Source of the DNA: Candidatus Gottesmanbacteria bacterium RIFCSPLOWO2_01_FULL_49_10
GTDB lineage: Bacteria > Patescibacteriota > Microgenomatia > UBA10105 > UBA927
Assembly (NCBI GenBank): GCA_001781025.1
Contig: MFJZ01000058.1
Span: forward strand, 34,583 to 83,526
DNA length: 48,944 nucleotides
Direction: 5' to 3'
The stretch's first letter is position 1. Each line of letters begins with the position of its first letter. Both the position numbers and the translations under genes were made by a program. This document shows, piece by piece, positions 8,551 to 17,500 of the stretch. Below the pieces are notes generated by a model. The model worked only from the letters and a program-made list of their open reading frames with translations, was not told the DNA's origin and made no database searches.

Positions 8551-9739
8551 AGACATTGTTCCCTTTTTTTCTTTGGGCATGATGCCGCTGGTTAATTCTT
8601 TTCTTAAAAAAAAACAATTACCCAGAGAAAAAAAATACAACCTATCCCTTTCTTTTTGCCCATCCTGTTATCTTGTGCAACTCAATAAGACGGTACCTCC
8701 GGAGGAACTCTTTCGAAACTATATCTATTTTTCCTCAACTTCAAGCAAATTTCTTGAACATTGCCGGAAAACGGCAAATTATTTAACCAGGAGATTCCGC
8801 CTACATTCATCCTCTCTGGTTTTAGAAGTGGCCAGCAATGACGGGGCGCAGCTGCAATATTTTAAAAAATTAGGAATCCCCGTGCTAGGCATTGATCCTG
8901 CCCAAAATATAGCCAAAATTGCCAATGCGAAAGGCATTAGAACCATTCCTGAATTTTTTAATTTCAAATTCGCTCAAATACTATCCCGGGAAAAAAAGAT
9001 TCAAGCGGACTTGGTCTTCGGAGCAAACGTTCTGGCCCATGTTCCCGAAATCGTTGACTTTGTCAAAGGCATTAAATGTATTCTAAAGTCTACCGGCTCC
9101 GCTGTTTTTGAATTCCCTTATGTTGCAGGGTTATTTGAAAATAAATTCGACACCATTTATCACGAACACGTATTTTATTATTCTTTACTTGCTCTGCGTA
9201 ATCTTTTTCTTCAGGCTCACCTAATTATTTATGACGTGGAATTAACAGAAATGCAGGGGGGATCGCTCCGGATATTCGTTTCACATCCCAACGTATTCCC
9301 GGTTACCAGATATGTGACTCGTATGCTTGCGAGAGAACGCAAAGCCGACTTCAATGACATCCACCTATATCATCACATTAAAACCAATATAGAAAAATTA
9401 CGGTCCGATATTTTGCGTACCTTAACCGCTTTAAAGAAAGAAGGAAAGACAATTGCCGCCTATAGTGCACCTGCTAAAGGAAATGTTTTATTAAACTACT
9501 TCGGAATCGGCAGCAACTACCTTGATTTTATTGTCGATAAGTCGAAAGCAAAACAAGAGCTATACGCACCAGGAACGCACTTACTCATCAATCCGCCGAC
9601 TAAAATCTATAAAAAAAATCCTGATTACCTTTTAATCTTATGCTGGAACATCGCCGATGAAGTAATGGAAGAATATAAAAATTACCATACGAAGGGAGGA
9701 AAATTTATTATTCCGATTCCTCAATTGAAAATCATATGA
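8528..9739 (+). CDS. NDP-hexose C-methyltransferase-like enzyme (Zn-ribbon + SAM domain + C-methyltransferase C-terminal domain)
   Basis: 'MKCRACNK...FCPSCYLVQL' is a 4-Cys N-terminal domain. 'VLEVASNDGAQLQYFKK' is the SAM fold. The C-terminal domain is 'IAAYSAPAKGNVLLNYFGI...DKSKAKQELYAPGTHLLI'. This is the TylCIII-type architecture. ATG 8528 overlaps the previous gene by 23 nt. Confidence 0.8.
   Translation: MKCRACNKDIVPFFSLGMMPLVNSFLKKKQLPREKKYNLSLSFCPSCYLVQLNKTVPPEELFRNYIYFSSTSSKFLEHCRKTANYLTRRFRLHSSSLVLEVASNDGAQLQYFKKLGIPVLGIDPAQNIAKIANAKGIRTIPEFFNFKFAQILSREKKIQADLVFGANVLAHVPEIVDFVKGIKCILKSTGSAVFEFPYVAGLFENKFDTIYHEHVFYYSLLALRNLFLQAHLIIYDVELTEMQGGSLRIFVSHPNVFPVTRYVTRMLARERKADFNDIHLYHHIKTNIEKLRSDILRTLTALKKEGKTIAAYSAPAKGNVLLNYFGIGSNYLDFIVDKSKAKQELYAPGTHLLINPPTKIYKKNPDYLLILCWNIADEVMEEYKNYHTKGGKFIIPIPQLKII
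8606..8614. repeat. Homopolymer A9 in the C-methyltransferase gene, followed by A8 at 8628-8635
   Basis: Counted directly. The tracts encode KKK and EKK. Confidence 0.9.
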
Positions 9740-10278
9740 AATTTGAAAAAACGAAATTACTAGGAGTGTACATCGTCCATTTTGAACCAAAAAAGGACAA
9801 GCGGGGATATTTTGTCCGTACGTTTTGCCAGCAAGAGTTTGCCAATGCCGGTATAGCCTTTCACGTCGTCCAAATCAATCGCTCTCTCACGAAAAGGCAG
9901 GGAGCCATTCGCGGCATGCACTTCCAGCGCCAACCGCACCAAGAAGATAAGCTTGTTCAGTGCATAAAAGGAGCTATGTACGATGTAGCGCTCGATGTAC
10001 GGACGAATTCAAAGACATTTGGCCAGTGGATTGGTATCCAACTTACCAGTGACAATAACACAGCACTTTTTATCCCACAAGGCTATGCACACGGATTCCA
10101 GGTCATCGAGTCTGACACCGAGGCAGAATACTTCATGTCTCAATACTATTCACCACAGCATGCAACGGGAGTCCGGTGTACTGATCCTTTCTTTCAGATC
10201 ACCTGGCCGCTGCCTATACAATTTTCCTCCGCAAAAGACCAGGAGTGGCCACTTGTGGAAATAAATCAAAAAGCATGA
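9736..10278 (+). CDS. rfbC: NDP-4-keto-6-deoxyhexose 3,5-epimerase (RmlC/AscE cupin family)
   Basis: Contains 'DKRGYF', 'IRGMHFQ', 'KLVQCIKGAMYDVALDVR' and 'FIPQGYAHGF'. There is an ATGA overlap with the upstream stop at 9736-9739. Confidence 0.85.
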   Translation: MKFEKTKLLGVYIVHFEPKKDKRGYFVRTFCQQEFANAGIAFHVVQINRSLTKRQGAIRGMHFQRQPHQEDKLVQCIKGAMYDVALDVRTNSKTFGQWIGIQLTSDNNTALFIPQGYAHGFQVIESDTEAEYFMSQYYSPQHATGVRCTDPFFQITWPLPIQFSSAKDQEWPLVEINQKA

Positions 10279-11141
10279 ACACAGTACTCATCGGTAAACG
10301 CGGACAATTAGGCACCGAGTTGGAACGCGCACTATCAGGAAAAGGCGGAAAAGTATACGCGTTTGATCATCAAGAACTAGATATAACGGATTATCAACAT
10401 ACCAACGATGTACTCACACGAATACGCCCTGATATCGTGATAAACACATCGGCCTATCACGTTTTGAGTGAGTGTGAAACGCATCCGGAACAGGCATTCT
10501 TGGTCAATGCGATTGCGTTAAAAAATCTTGCAGTGACATGCCGGGACAACAAAATCAAACTCGTTACATACAGCACGGACTACGTGTTCGACGGCGCCAA
10601 GGGCAAGCCCTACACCGAATACGACTGCCCTAACCCACTACAATTATATGGATTATCCAAACTCGCAGGAGAATTTATTTGTTTCAACTATAATCCTGAT
10701 AGCATTGTTATCCGTACATGCGGTGTATATGGTGGTCAAAAAGGAAGTAGACAAAAAGGAGGGAATTTTGTTCTGACCATCCTTGAGGAATCAAGACACA
10801 AAACAACGATAGACGTCTCGACGGAACAGATCGTCAGTCCTACTCATGCGGGAGACTTAGCCCAATGCACCGTCGCGCTCGTTGAACAATATTCTGCCCG
10901 AGGTATATATCATTTAGTTAATGAAGGATATTGCTCCTGGTACGAATTTGCCAAAGAACTTATTACACTAAATAAACTCTCCATACGTATCAGGCCCATC
11001 GATAGAAAGGGAGTATTCTCCGGAATAAAACGTCCGCTATTCTCGGCGCTTACCAACACCAGAGCTAAAAGCGAAGGAATAATTATGCCGTCTTGGCAGG
11101 ACGGACTAAAAAGATATCTGTGGTATATTACCAAAAAATAG
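10275..11141 (+). CDS. rfbD: NDP-4-keto-6-deoxyhexose 4-reductase (RmlD/AscF family)
   Basis: Contains 'MNTVLIGKRGQLGTEL', 'YSTDYVFDG' and 'LYGLSKLAGE' (YxxxK). ATG 10275 forms an ATGA overlap with the epimerase stop. Confidence 0.85.
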   Translation: MNTVLIGKRGQLGTELERALSGKGGKVYAFDHQELDITDYQHTNDVLTRIRPDIVINTSAYHVLSECETHPEQAFLVNAIALKNLAVTCRDNKIKLVTYSTDYVFDGAKGKPYTEYDCPNPLQLYGLSKLAGEFICFNYNPDSIVIRTCGVYGGQKGSRQKGGNFVLTILEESRHKTTIDVSTEQIVSPTHAGDLAQCTVALVEQYSARGIYHLVNEGYCSWYEFAKELITLNKLSIRIRPIDRKGVFSGIKRPLFSALTNTRAKSEGIIMPSWQDGLKRYLWYITKK

Positions 11142-11145
11142 AATA

Positions 11146-11154
11146 TGTTATACT
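11146..11154 (+). promoter_or_regulatory. Extended -10 box TGTTATACT upstream of the radical SAM gene
   Basis: Read directly from the sequence. It ends 11 nt before ATG 11166 and lies in the 24-nt gap after rfbD. Confidence 0.35.
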
Positions 11155-11165
11155 AGCGAAAATTT

Positions 11166-12626
11166 ATGAAAGTTCTATTTATTTCCTCTTCATTCGAAGA
11201 TGATGCCAGGAGCAAAACAATCAACATTAATTCTCATTATCCCATGGGTTTAGCTTATCTGCATGCGTTCCTTGAAAAATACGGCCATACCGTGCATACG
11301 CTTTTCCTCAACGACTACTCATACGCCGATTGCCGAAAAATTGTTCTTAAAAATGTAAAAATGCATTCACCGGATGTTGTCGGGTTTAATATCATCACAC
11401 AAAACAGAACCGCATCTTTCCGACTTATTCACCATATACATAAAAATAATCCACATATCCGTATATTGATCGGCGGTATACACACAACAGTCATGTATAA
11501 GCAAATCCTGAAACGTTTCCCCTATATCATCGCTGTTCTCGGGGAAGGTGAAATTACTGCAAAGGAAATTCTGGAGAAAATACATGCGAGAAAGAGTTTG
11601 CGGCACGTAGACGGTATTGCATACGTTTCAAAACGAAAAATTATTAAAACGAAAAACAGAGTACTTATTACGGATCTTGATACGCTTCCATTTCCAAAAC
11701 ATGAAGTTTTTTTCTCGGAAACACGCACGATTGCAAGCATGATCACAAGCCGCGGTTGTCCATTTCATTGCAGTTTTTGCGTGTTAAATGCCATTACGCG
11801 GGGCTATCCCCGAAAAAGATCAGTACAGAACGTCATAGCAGAAATCGAATATCTCATTGCCACATATCCGCAGCTGGAAACTATATGGTTTCACGATGAT
11901 CAATTTTTCCTCATTAATTCACGGGTTATTGAATTCTGCAATGAAATATTCCGGAAAAAAATCAAGCTGAAATTTATTTGCAGCGGGAGATTTAAACCAA
12001 TTTCAAAAGAAATGGTTGAGGCGTTAGAAAAAGCGGGGTTCATTCAAGTACTGCTTGGTCTGGAAAGCGGATCTCCAAAAATTCTCGATCTATGTCACAA
12101 ATTTATTACTCACGAAGACGTCATAAAGGCGATGACGCTATTTAAAAACTCAAAAATAATTATTTCTACGTTTTTGATCGTCGGGTTATATGGAGAAACC
12201 GATGAAACCGTCGAGGAGACGATTAGATTCGTTCAGCGCATACAAAGGATTAAGTACCTGGTTTTCGTGGACATCGGTATACTTCTGGTTTATCCGGGAA
12301 CGGAAATTTATAGCATTGCAAAAAAAAGAGGCTTTATGAATGACTCCTATTGGCTTACAGAAAAGCCGACTCCCTTTTTTACTGTCGAACACTCCCAAAA
12401 ACAATTAGAGGAATTCAAAAAACGTACATTAGACAGCATTGCAATTGGCCGTATCCTGACTCCATCGGGTTTTCCTCACCAGTATTACATGATACCATGG
12501 ATTATAAAATTTCTTATTGCACAAACACCACGCTATCCACTGTATGCAGGACATATTTTGCAGCGCTTCTTCCCATCGGTATACCTACGTGCGCATCATT
12601 TGTTTAACCGTAAGCCGCTTGTTTAA
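11166..12626 (+). CDS. B12-binding-domain radical SAM protein (class-B-like)
   Basis: The N-terminal Rossmann-like region 'KVLFISS...PDVVGFNIITQNR...ILIGGIHTT' is followed by 'ITSRGCPFHCSFCVLN' (CxxxCxxC). Confidence 0.85.
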   Translation: MKVLFISSSFEDDARSKTININSHYPMGLAYLHAFLEKYGHTVHTLFLNDYSYADCRKIVLKNVKMHSPDVVGFNIITQNRTASFRLIHHIHKNNPHIRILIGGIHTTVMYKQILKRFPYIIAVLGEGEITAKEILEKIHARKSLRHVDGIAYVSKRKIIKTKNRVLITDLDTLPFPKHEVFFSETRTIASMITSRGCPFHCSFCVLNAITRGYPRKRSVQNVIAEIEYLIATYPQLETIWFHDDQFFLINSRVIEFCNEIFRKKIKLKFICSGRFKPISKEMVEALEKAGFIQVLLGLESGSPKILDLCHKFITHEDVIKAMTLFKNSKIIISTFLIVGLYGETDETVEETIRFVQRIQRIKYLVFVDIGILLVYPGTEIYSIAKKRGFMNDSYWLTEKPTPFFTVEHSQKQLEEFKKRTLDSIAIGRILTPSGFPHQYYMIPWIIKFLIAQTPRYPLYAGHILQRFFPSVYLRAHHLFNRKPLV

Positions 12627-12630
12627 CCAC

Positions 12631-12659
12631 TTGTGCTTAAAAGTTTTCTTCACTATACT
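12631..12659 (+). promoter_or_regulatory. Candidate sigma70-type promoter TTGTGC-17 nt-TATACT upstream of the secreted-protein gene
   Basis: The -35-like TTGTGC is at 12631-12636 and TATACT at 12654-12659, with a 17-nt spacer. ATG 12669 lies 9 nt downstream. Confidence 0.4.
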
Positions 12660-12668
12660 GTGTTTATT

Positions 12669-13220
12669 ATGAAAAAGACTATTCTCTCGGCTATTTCGTT
12701 TCTGATTATTCTGTCTTTCTCAGTGACACTCATACATGCGCAGGAACCTAACGAAACGCCTCAAGCATCACCCACTCCTACAATACAATATAAAATGCCT
12801 TATCCGGGCATGCTTCCGGACAATTCATTATACAAACTTAAAGTGCTTCGGGATAAAATTATACTTGCTTTAATCCAGGATCCGAACAAAAAAGCCGGAT
12901 ACTATCTTCTATTGGCTAACAAACAGCTACTCATGAGCAGGATGCTCATCGATAAAGGGAATATTCCATTAGCACGAGAAACTGCCCTTAAAGGAGAAAA
13001 CCAGATAACTCTCATGACGTTCGTCTTTAAAAACGCTGGTCGAGAACCACAAGCAAATTTTTTAGACGAAGTAAAGCTGGCAAGCCTTAAACATCAAGAG
13101 TTATTAGAAGAAATTATTAGCAAAGTTAACACAAACGACGCGAAAATCTTTTCTGATATACTGGAATTTTCACAACGAAATGTTAGAGAACTTCAAAGAC
13201 TGACAGAAGACAGAAATTGA
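12669..13220 (+). CDS. Secreted helical protein, DUF5667-like; paralogue of 44495..45037
   Basis: The signal peptide is 'MKKTILSAISFLIILSFSVTLIHA'. It is followed by the Pro/Thr-rich stretch 'QEPNETPQASPTPT' and then 'YKMPYPGMLPDNSLYKLKVLRDKI'. ATG 12669 is preferred over the GTG at 12633. Confidence 0.6.
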   Translation: MKKTILSAISFLIILSFSVTLIHAQEPNETPQASPTPTIQYKMPYPGMLPDNSLYKLKVLRDKIILALIQDPNKKAGYYLLLANKQLLMSRMLIDKGNIPLARETALKGENQITLMTFVFKNAGREPQANFLDEVKLASLKHQELLEEIISKVNTNDAKIFSDILEFSQRNVRELQRLTEDRN

Positions 13221-13254
13221 AGTCACACCAGCAACTTCAACTTCATAACCCGAT

Positions 13255-14199
13255 ATGAGACAAATTTCTGTCTGTCCCATTTGTCACAGATACTCTTTCC
13301 AAACTCTTTACGAAAGCACGGACAGAATGTTTCATATACCCGGCAAATTTTCCGTTTTAAAATGTAATAACTGTAGCATTGCCTTTCTTAATCCCAGACC
13401 TTCGTTCAGGGAACTCCAAAAATATTATCCTACCAAAAGATACTACGCTTATAACGAAAACAAAAAAGGTTTCTTCTCGTTTATACGTGAGTATTTAATT
13501 AAGCATTACTATGCCCCGACGATAGTATCAAAAATCATTTCTGTGTTTATCTCGAATGTTCCCGCTATGCCTACCTGGAAAAATTCTGGTAAAATCCTCG
13601 ACGTAGGATGCGGTACAGGAGAAACGCTGCAGCTTCTTAAAAGGCTTGGATGGGATGTATATGGCATAGATATTGACCGTCGTGCCATCAAAATTGCTCG
13701 CCAAAAAGGTTTAAGCCGCGTAGAATATGGTGCGTATCAACATCTTTCAACCTATCCGGATCATTTTTTTGATGCGATCCGACTATACCATGTCATCGAA
13801 CATCTGGATAACCCGCAAGAATGCCTCAGAATCATAGCGCAAAAGTTAAAAATCGATGGCGAAATCATTATTGGCACACCAAATGTAGAAAGCATTGTGG
13901 CACGTATCTTTAAACACTATTGGTACAATCTCGATTCTCCACGTCATCTCATTCTTTTTTCAGCAAATACCCTTAGGAAAATATTAAAAAAAGAAGGATA
14001 TTTACCAAATGAGGTTAGATTCTGCTCAGCAGGTGGGATGGCCGGAAGCATGCAGTACGTGTTGTTTCAGATTACCGGACGAACAATAAATCTCATCAAT
14101 AATACGTTATTTGTTCTTCTCATCTATCCTTTTGAGTGGATATTTGATCGCCTTAAACAAGGAGATATTTTAATCGTGAGAGCAAAATTGTATACCTAA
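13255..14199 (+). CDS. Class I SAM-dependent methyltransferase with an N-terminal Cys4 ribbon
   Basis: Contains 'CPICHR...CNNCSIAFLNP', the SAM motif I 'ILDVGCGTGETLQLL' and 'YHVIEHLDNPQ'. Confidence 0.8.
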   Translation: MRQISVCPICHRYSFQTLYESTDRMFHIPGKFSVLKCNNCSIAFLNPRPSFRELQKYYPTKRYYAYNENKKGFFSFIREYLIKHYYAPTIVSKIISVFISNVPAMPTWKNSGKILDVGCGTGETLQLLKRLGWDVYGIDIDRRAIKIARQKGLSRVEYGAYQHLSTYPDHFFDAIRLYHVIEHLDNPQECLRIIAQKLKIDGEIIIGTPNVESIVARIFKHYWYNLDSPRHLILFSANTLRKILKKEGYLPNEVRFCSAGGMAGSMQYVLFQITGRTINLINNTLFVLLIYPFEWIFDRLKQGDILIVRAKLYT

Positions 14200-14570
14200 G
14201 ATAATGGTCTATTTGATTGCCTTGTTCTCCATTTTTGCACCAAGAGTTGTGCAAGACTCATCCACAGTAAAACATATACCGCGACTCCGATTAAGTCTGC
14301 TACGGAATTTTTTCCAATTAATACTGCCAGAATTGCAGTAACAATTAACGCTAACGAAGCCCACAACGAATACGAAATTTGAGGCTTAAAAATATTAATA
14401 ATGATTACGTACGGGACGATAACTTGTACGATTGGATTCATAAAAAATACGTTCAGATAAGGCACTACAGATAACAATTTAAATAACACAAATAATACTC
14501 CCGCTATTGCTAAAAATTTGACACCAGTCCATTCCTGTATAGAAGTGAGTTTAACTTTTAATAAATTCAT
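14196..14570 (-). CDS. Small (124 aa) integral membrane protein with 3-4 predicted helices, function unknown
   Basis: Hydrophobic segments include 'FLAIAGVLFVLFKLLSVV', 'IVQVIVPYVIIINIF', 'LWASLALIVTAILAVLIG' and 'LIGVAVYVLLWMSLAQLL'. There is an ATGA overlap (14567-14570) with the upstream 1144-aa gene. Confidence 0.6.
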   Translation of the reverse strand: MNLLKVKLTSIQEWTGVKFLAIAGVLFVLFKLLSVVPYLNVFFMNPIVQVIVPYVIIINIFKPQISYSLWASLALIVTAILAVLIGKNSVADLIGVAVYVLLWMSLAQLLVQKWRTRQSNRPLS

Positions 14571-17500
14571 AGTTTATAGAATTTTATAATGCGATGTATC
14601 ACAAGTATACATAAAACACTTCCTGCCCCGAGCATAGATATCATTATTCCGATATAAAACATTACTTGGGGCTCATACATGAAAATGAGTGTATGAGCAT
14701 TTGTATTTTGGATCAGCCAACCGTTCGCATAGCCGTCTACAAGAAAGTGACCTTGATCATTCGATTTGAGCGTGGATAATCTGATAGTTGTAATTATTTT
14801 TTGAATATTGTCTTTCGCTTTACCTACCTCTCCGATATCTTCAAGGGGAATAACTCTCCACCCGTTATTGAATAATTCGTTTAGTTTGATCATATATGGT
14901 CCACTGACATTTTCCAACCGTACAGAATATAAGGTTGGATCTATTTTTTGAACTGTTATCGATGGCTGATCCAGCCTATCCAAATAAGAAAAATCACGTT
15001 CAAGCAAAACGGAAATAGGTGAATTAGTTGGTATCGAATTTAAATTCTCCACGGTGATTCTTGCAGGAGAATCATCATACGATCTAAATATTACCTTAAT
15101 TGATTGACTACGATCGTTTAAAGTATAGTTTTTTCTAATTTTATGCCATTTTTCATCAGCCTCAAGTGAAATAATTTGTGTACTCTGACATGAATTATTT
15201 GTTCCTCCCGTAATTATTGCAACGATATTATTGCCTCTTTCTATATGATAATTAAATTGAAGCAAATAGGATTGGCCGTCATCGTAATAAGGAAAAGAAT
15301 ATTCTTTCTCTCCATATTCGTTCAGAACAACAGAGTCCTGATCCAATAAAGTTATACCGTTTGTCTGATCCGAATCTGATATATATATATCCAAAATATG
15401 GATTCCGCGATTGAAAAAAATAGGTTTAGTGCTATCTAACATTGACTTTGTGGCTGTATCAATGATATTTTCTATATTTTGATTTGAAACAATTTTATAT
15501 TCACCGTCATCGGGTACGTTAAAAACATATCGTTGCTGATTGACTATATTCGGCATTTGTTGAGCCACCTTTCTATTTATAGAGTTGAGATAATCAAGAA
15601 TTTCAATAAATTTATCAGGACCAAATTCACTTTTTCTAATTGATTCGGCAAGCACTTGTCTTTGTGCGTCCAAATAAATAGATAAAACCATGTTCATTTT
15701 GTATTGTTCAACCTCTGACATTTTTTGTATTATGTCAACTAAATTTGTAATTTCTTTCTTATATTCCTGCAGGTTGTTTACAATTAATTTTCTGTTTCTT
15801 TCCTTCTTTTTCCCATAATCCAGTAGCTGATTTATTTCAGTAACTCGTTTGAATGACAAGCTTGAATATATATCGAACAAAACCGACGGATTATTACTAA
15901 ATTTTCGAAGCTGTAATTGTTCTTTAAAATTAATCAGTTGATAAAAAAGAGAACCAGGTAATATATTTAAATATGGAAATACTGCCCTATCTTCATAAAT
16001 ATGACGCTCCCCGTAGTCGCAAAGAATACACCTCCCTTTTATTGCGGCTTTATCCGCAAATTTAGATAATAAGTTCTCCTTAGAGGTTGTCTGTAAGGAG
16101 CTATCTGCACTAATTATATTTTCATTTGAAATATTGTTTTGATTGAATATAATAGGCACGATACTCGGATCGGAAATTAACTGAATCTGTGATATCACTT
16201 CAACCGGAGGACGAGGTGTTTCTATCAGGGCATATAATGTCCATAATTCAGATTTCTTCTTTATGTGCACACCGGGCATAGATTCTAGCGAAGTTTTTAA
16301 ATAAGCAAAATTATTCGCAGTAAGACATTTGTTTGTATCTAGAATGTCATCCCGCCACAGAAAGTAAGAAATTCCCAATCTGGAACTGATCACGTTAAAC
16401 ATATTAGGGTTTCGATCCGTAAGCGCTTTTATTAACGACTGTGTTAATGCTCCGGATGGATTACCGTCTGTAATATAGGTTGTATTTATATTTGAATTAA
16501 CTAAGGAATAACTACTCCAGAATCCCCAGCTATATCCGTCGGCACCAGAAGTCATATCTGTAGTTGGTAGCGAAAGAATCCTTGAATTTGAAGGAACATT
16601 CTGTCTTATATAATCAATCATTTCTGTAACATATGTAGGGACCACAACTCTCGTAGTAAAAGGTTTGTTCCAATCAAAAAAGTTGCCAAGAAAAAATGGA
16701 TAATGATAGGCCAGAATATATAAAATCGCGCATACGCCTACCATTCTTCTAAAAAAGTCATTCTTGAGAAATGAAAAAGTCAGACCATTGACCATATAAC
16801 CAAAAAGGAAAGCCATAGAAAACCAAACCATTGGTCCAAATTTGTATATCGATGACCTAAATATTGAAAATCCTGGTACATTTTTGATAAACCATATGTA
16901 AATTCGACCAAATGGCTCATGAGATCCTCCGGCAAAGACTATTCCCACAAGTAGAACGGAAAATATAACAAGCATTAATTGATCTCTCTGAGCCTCTCGA
17001 CGAAAACGGAGATATAAGCTAGCGCCGAGAACGATGGTAATTATCGGAACAAAACTTAAAATAATGAGACCGGGATTATTTAAATACGCTTGTGAAAAGG
17101 GATGAAATAGACTATCGTACCAATCAGGGACCCCCTGCATTCGGAGAAGGTTTATAACACTTGAATTTTTTGAAACAACCTGTTCCCAATTAATGACACC
17201 GTTTACACCGCCCAGTGATGAAACTGTAGAATTATAACTTTTGATAACATCCATCACTTGGGGAAAAAGCCAATACGCGTTAAGAAAACCCGTAAAAAAT
17301 AATGAAGAAGCAATAAATATTATCGTTCGAATTATCGACCGTAGACCATCATTGATACTTTGAATAACGGTCAAAATTATAATGGTGATCAAAGTGGTAA
17401 TAATTAACCCGCCAAAATAAGGCACCAGACTTCCGCCGTTTAGGAAAAAAATTGTAATTCCGATATATAAACCGGCCATCACCGGGTGAATTTTTTTTGT

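Noticed and set aside
14196-14570. Calling the 124-aa membrane protein a GtrA-type or SMR/ArnE-F-type flippase
   Set aside because: Only its size and position fit. I see neither GtrA-like motifs nor the conserved membrane-embedded Glu of SMR proteins, so it is left as unknown.
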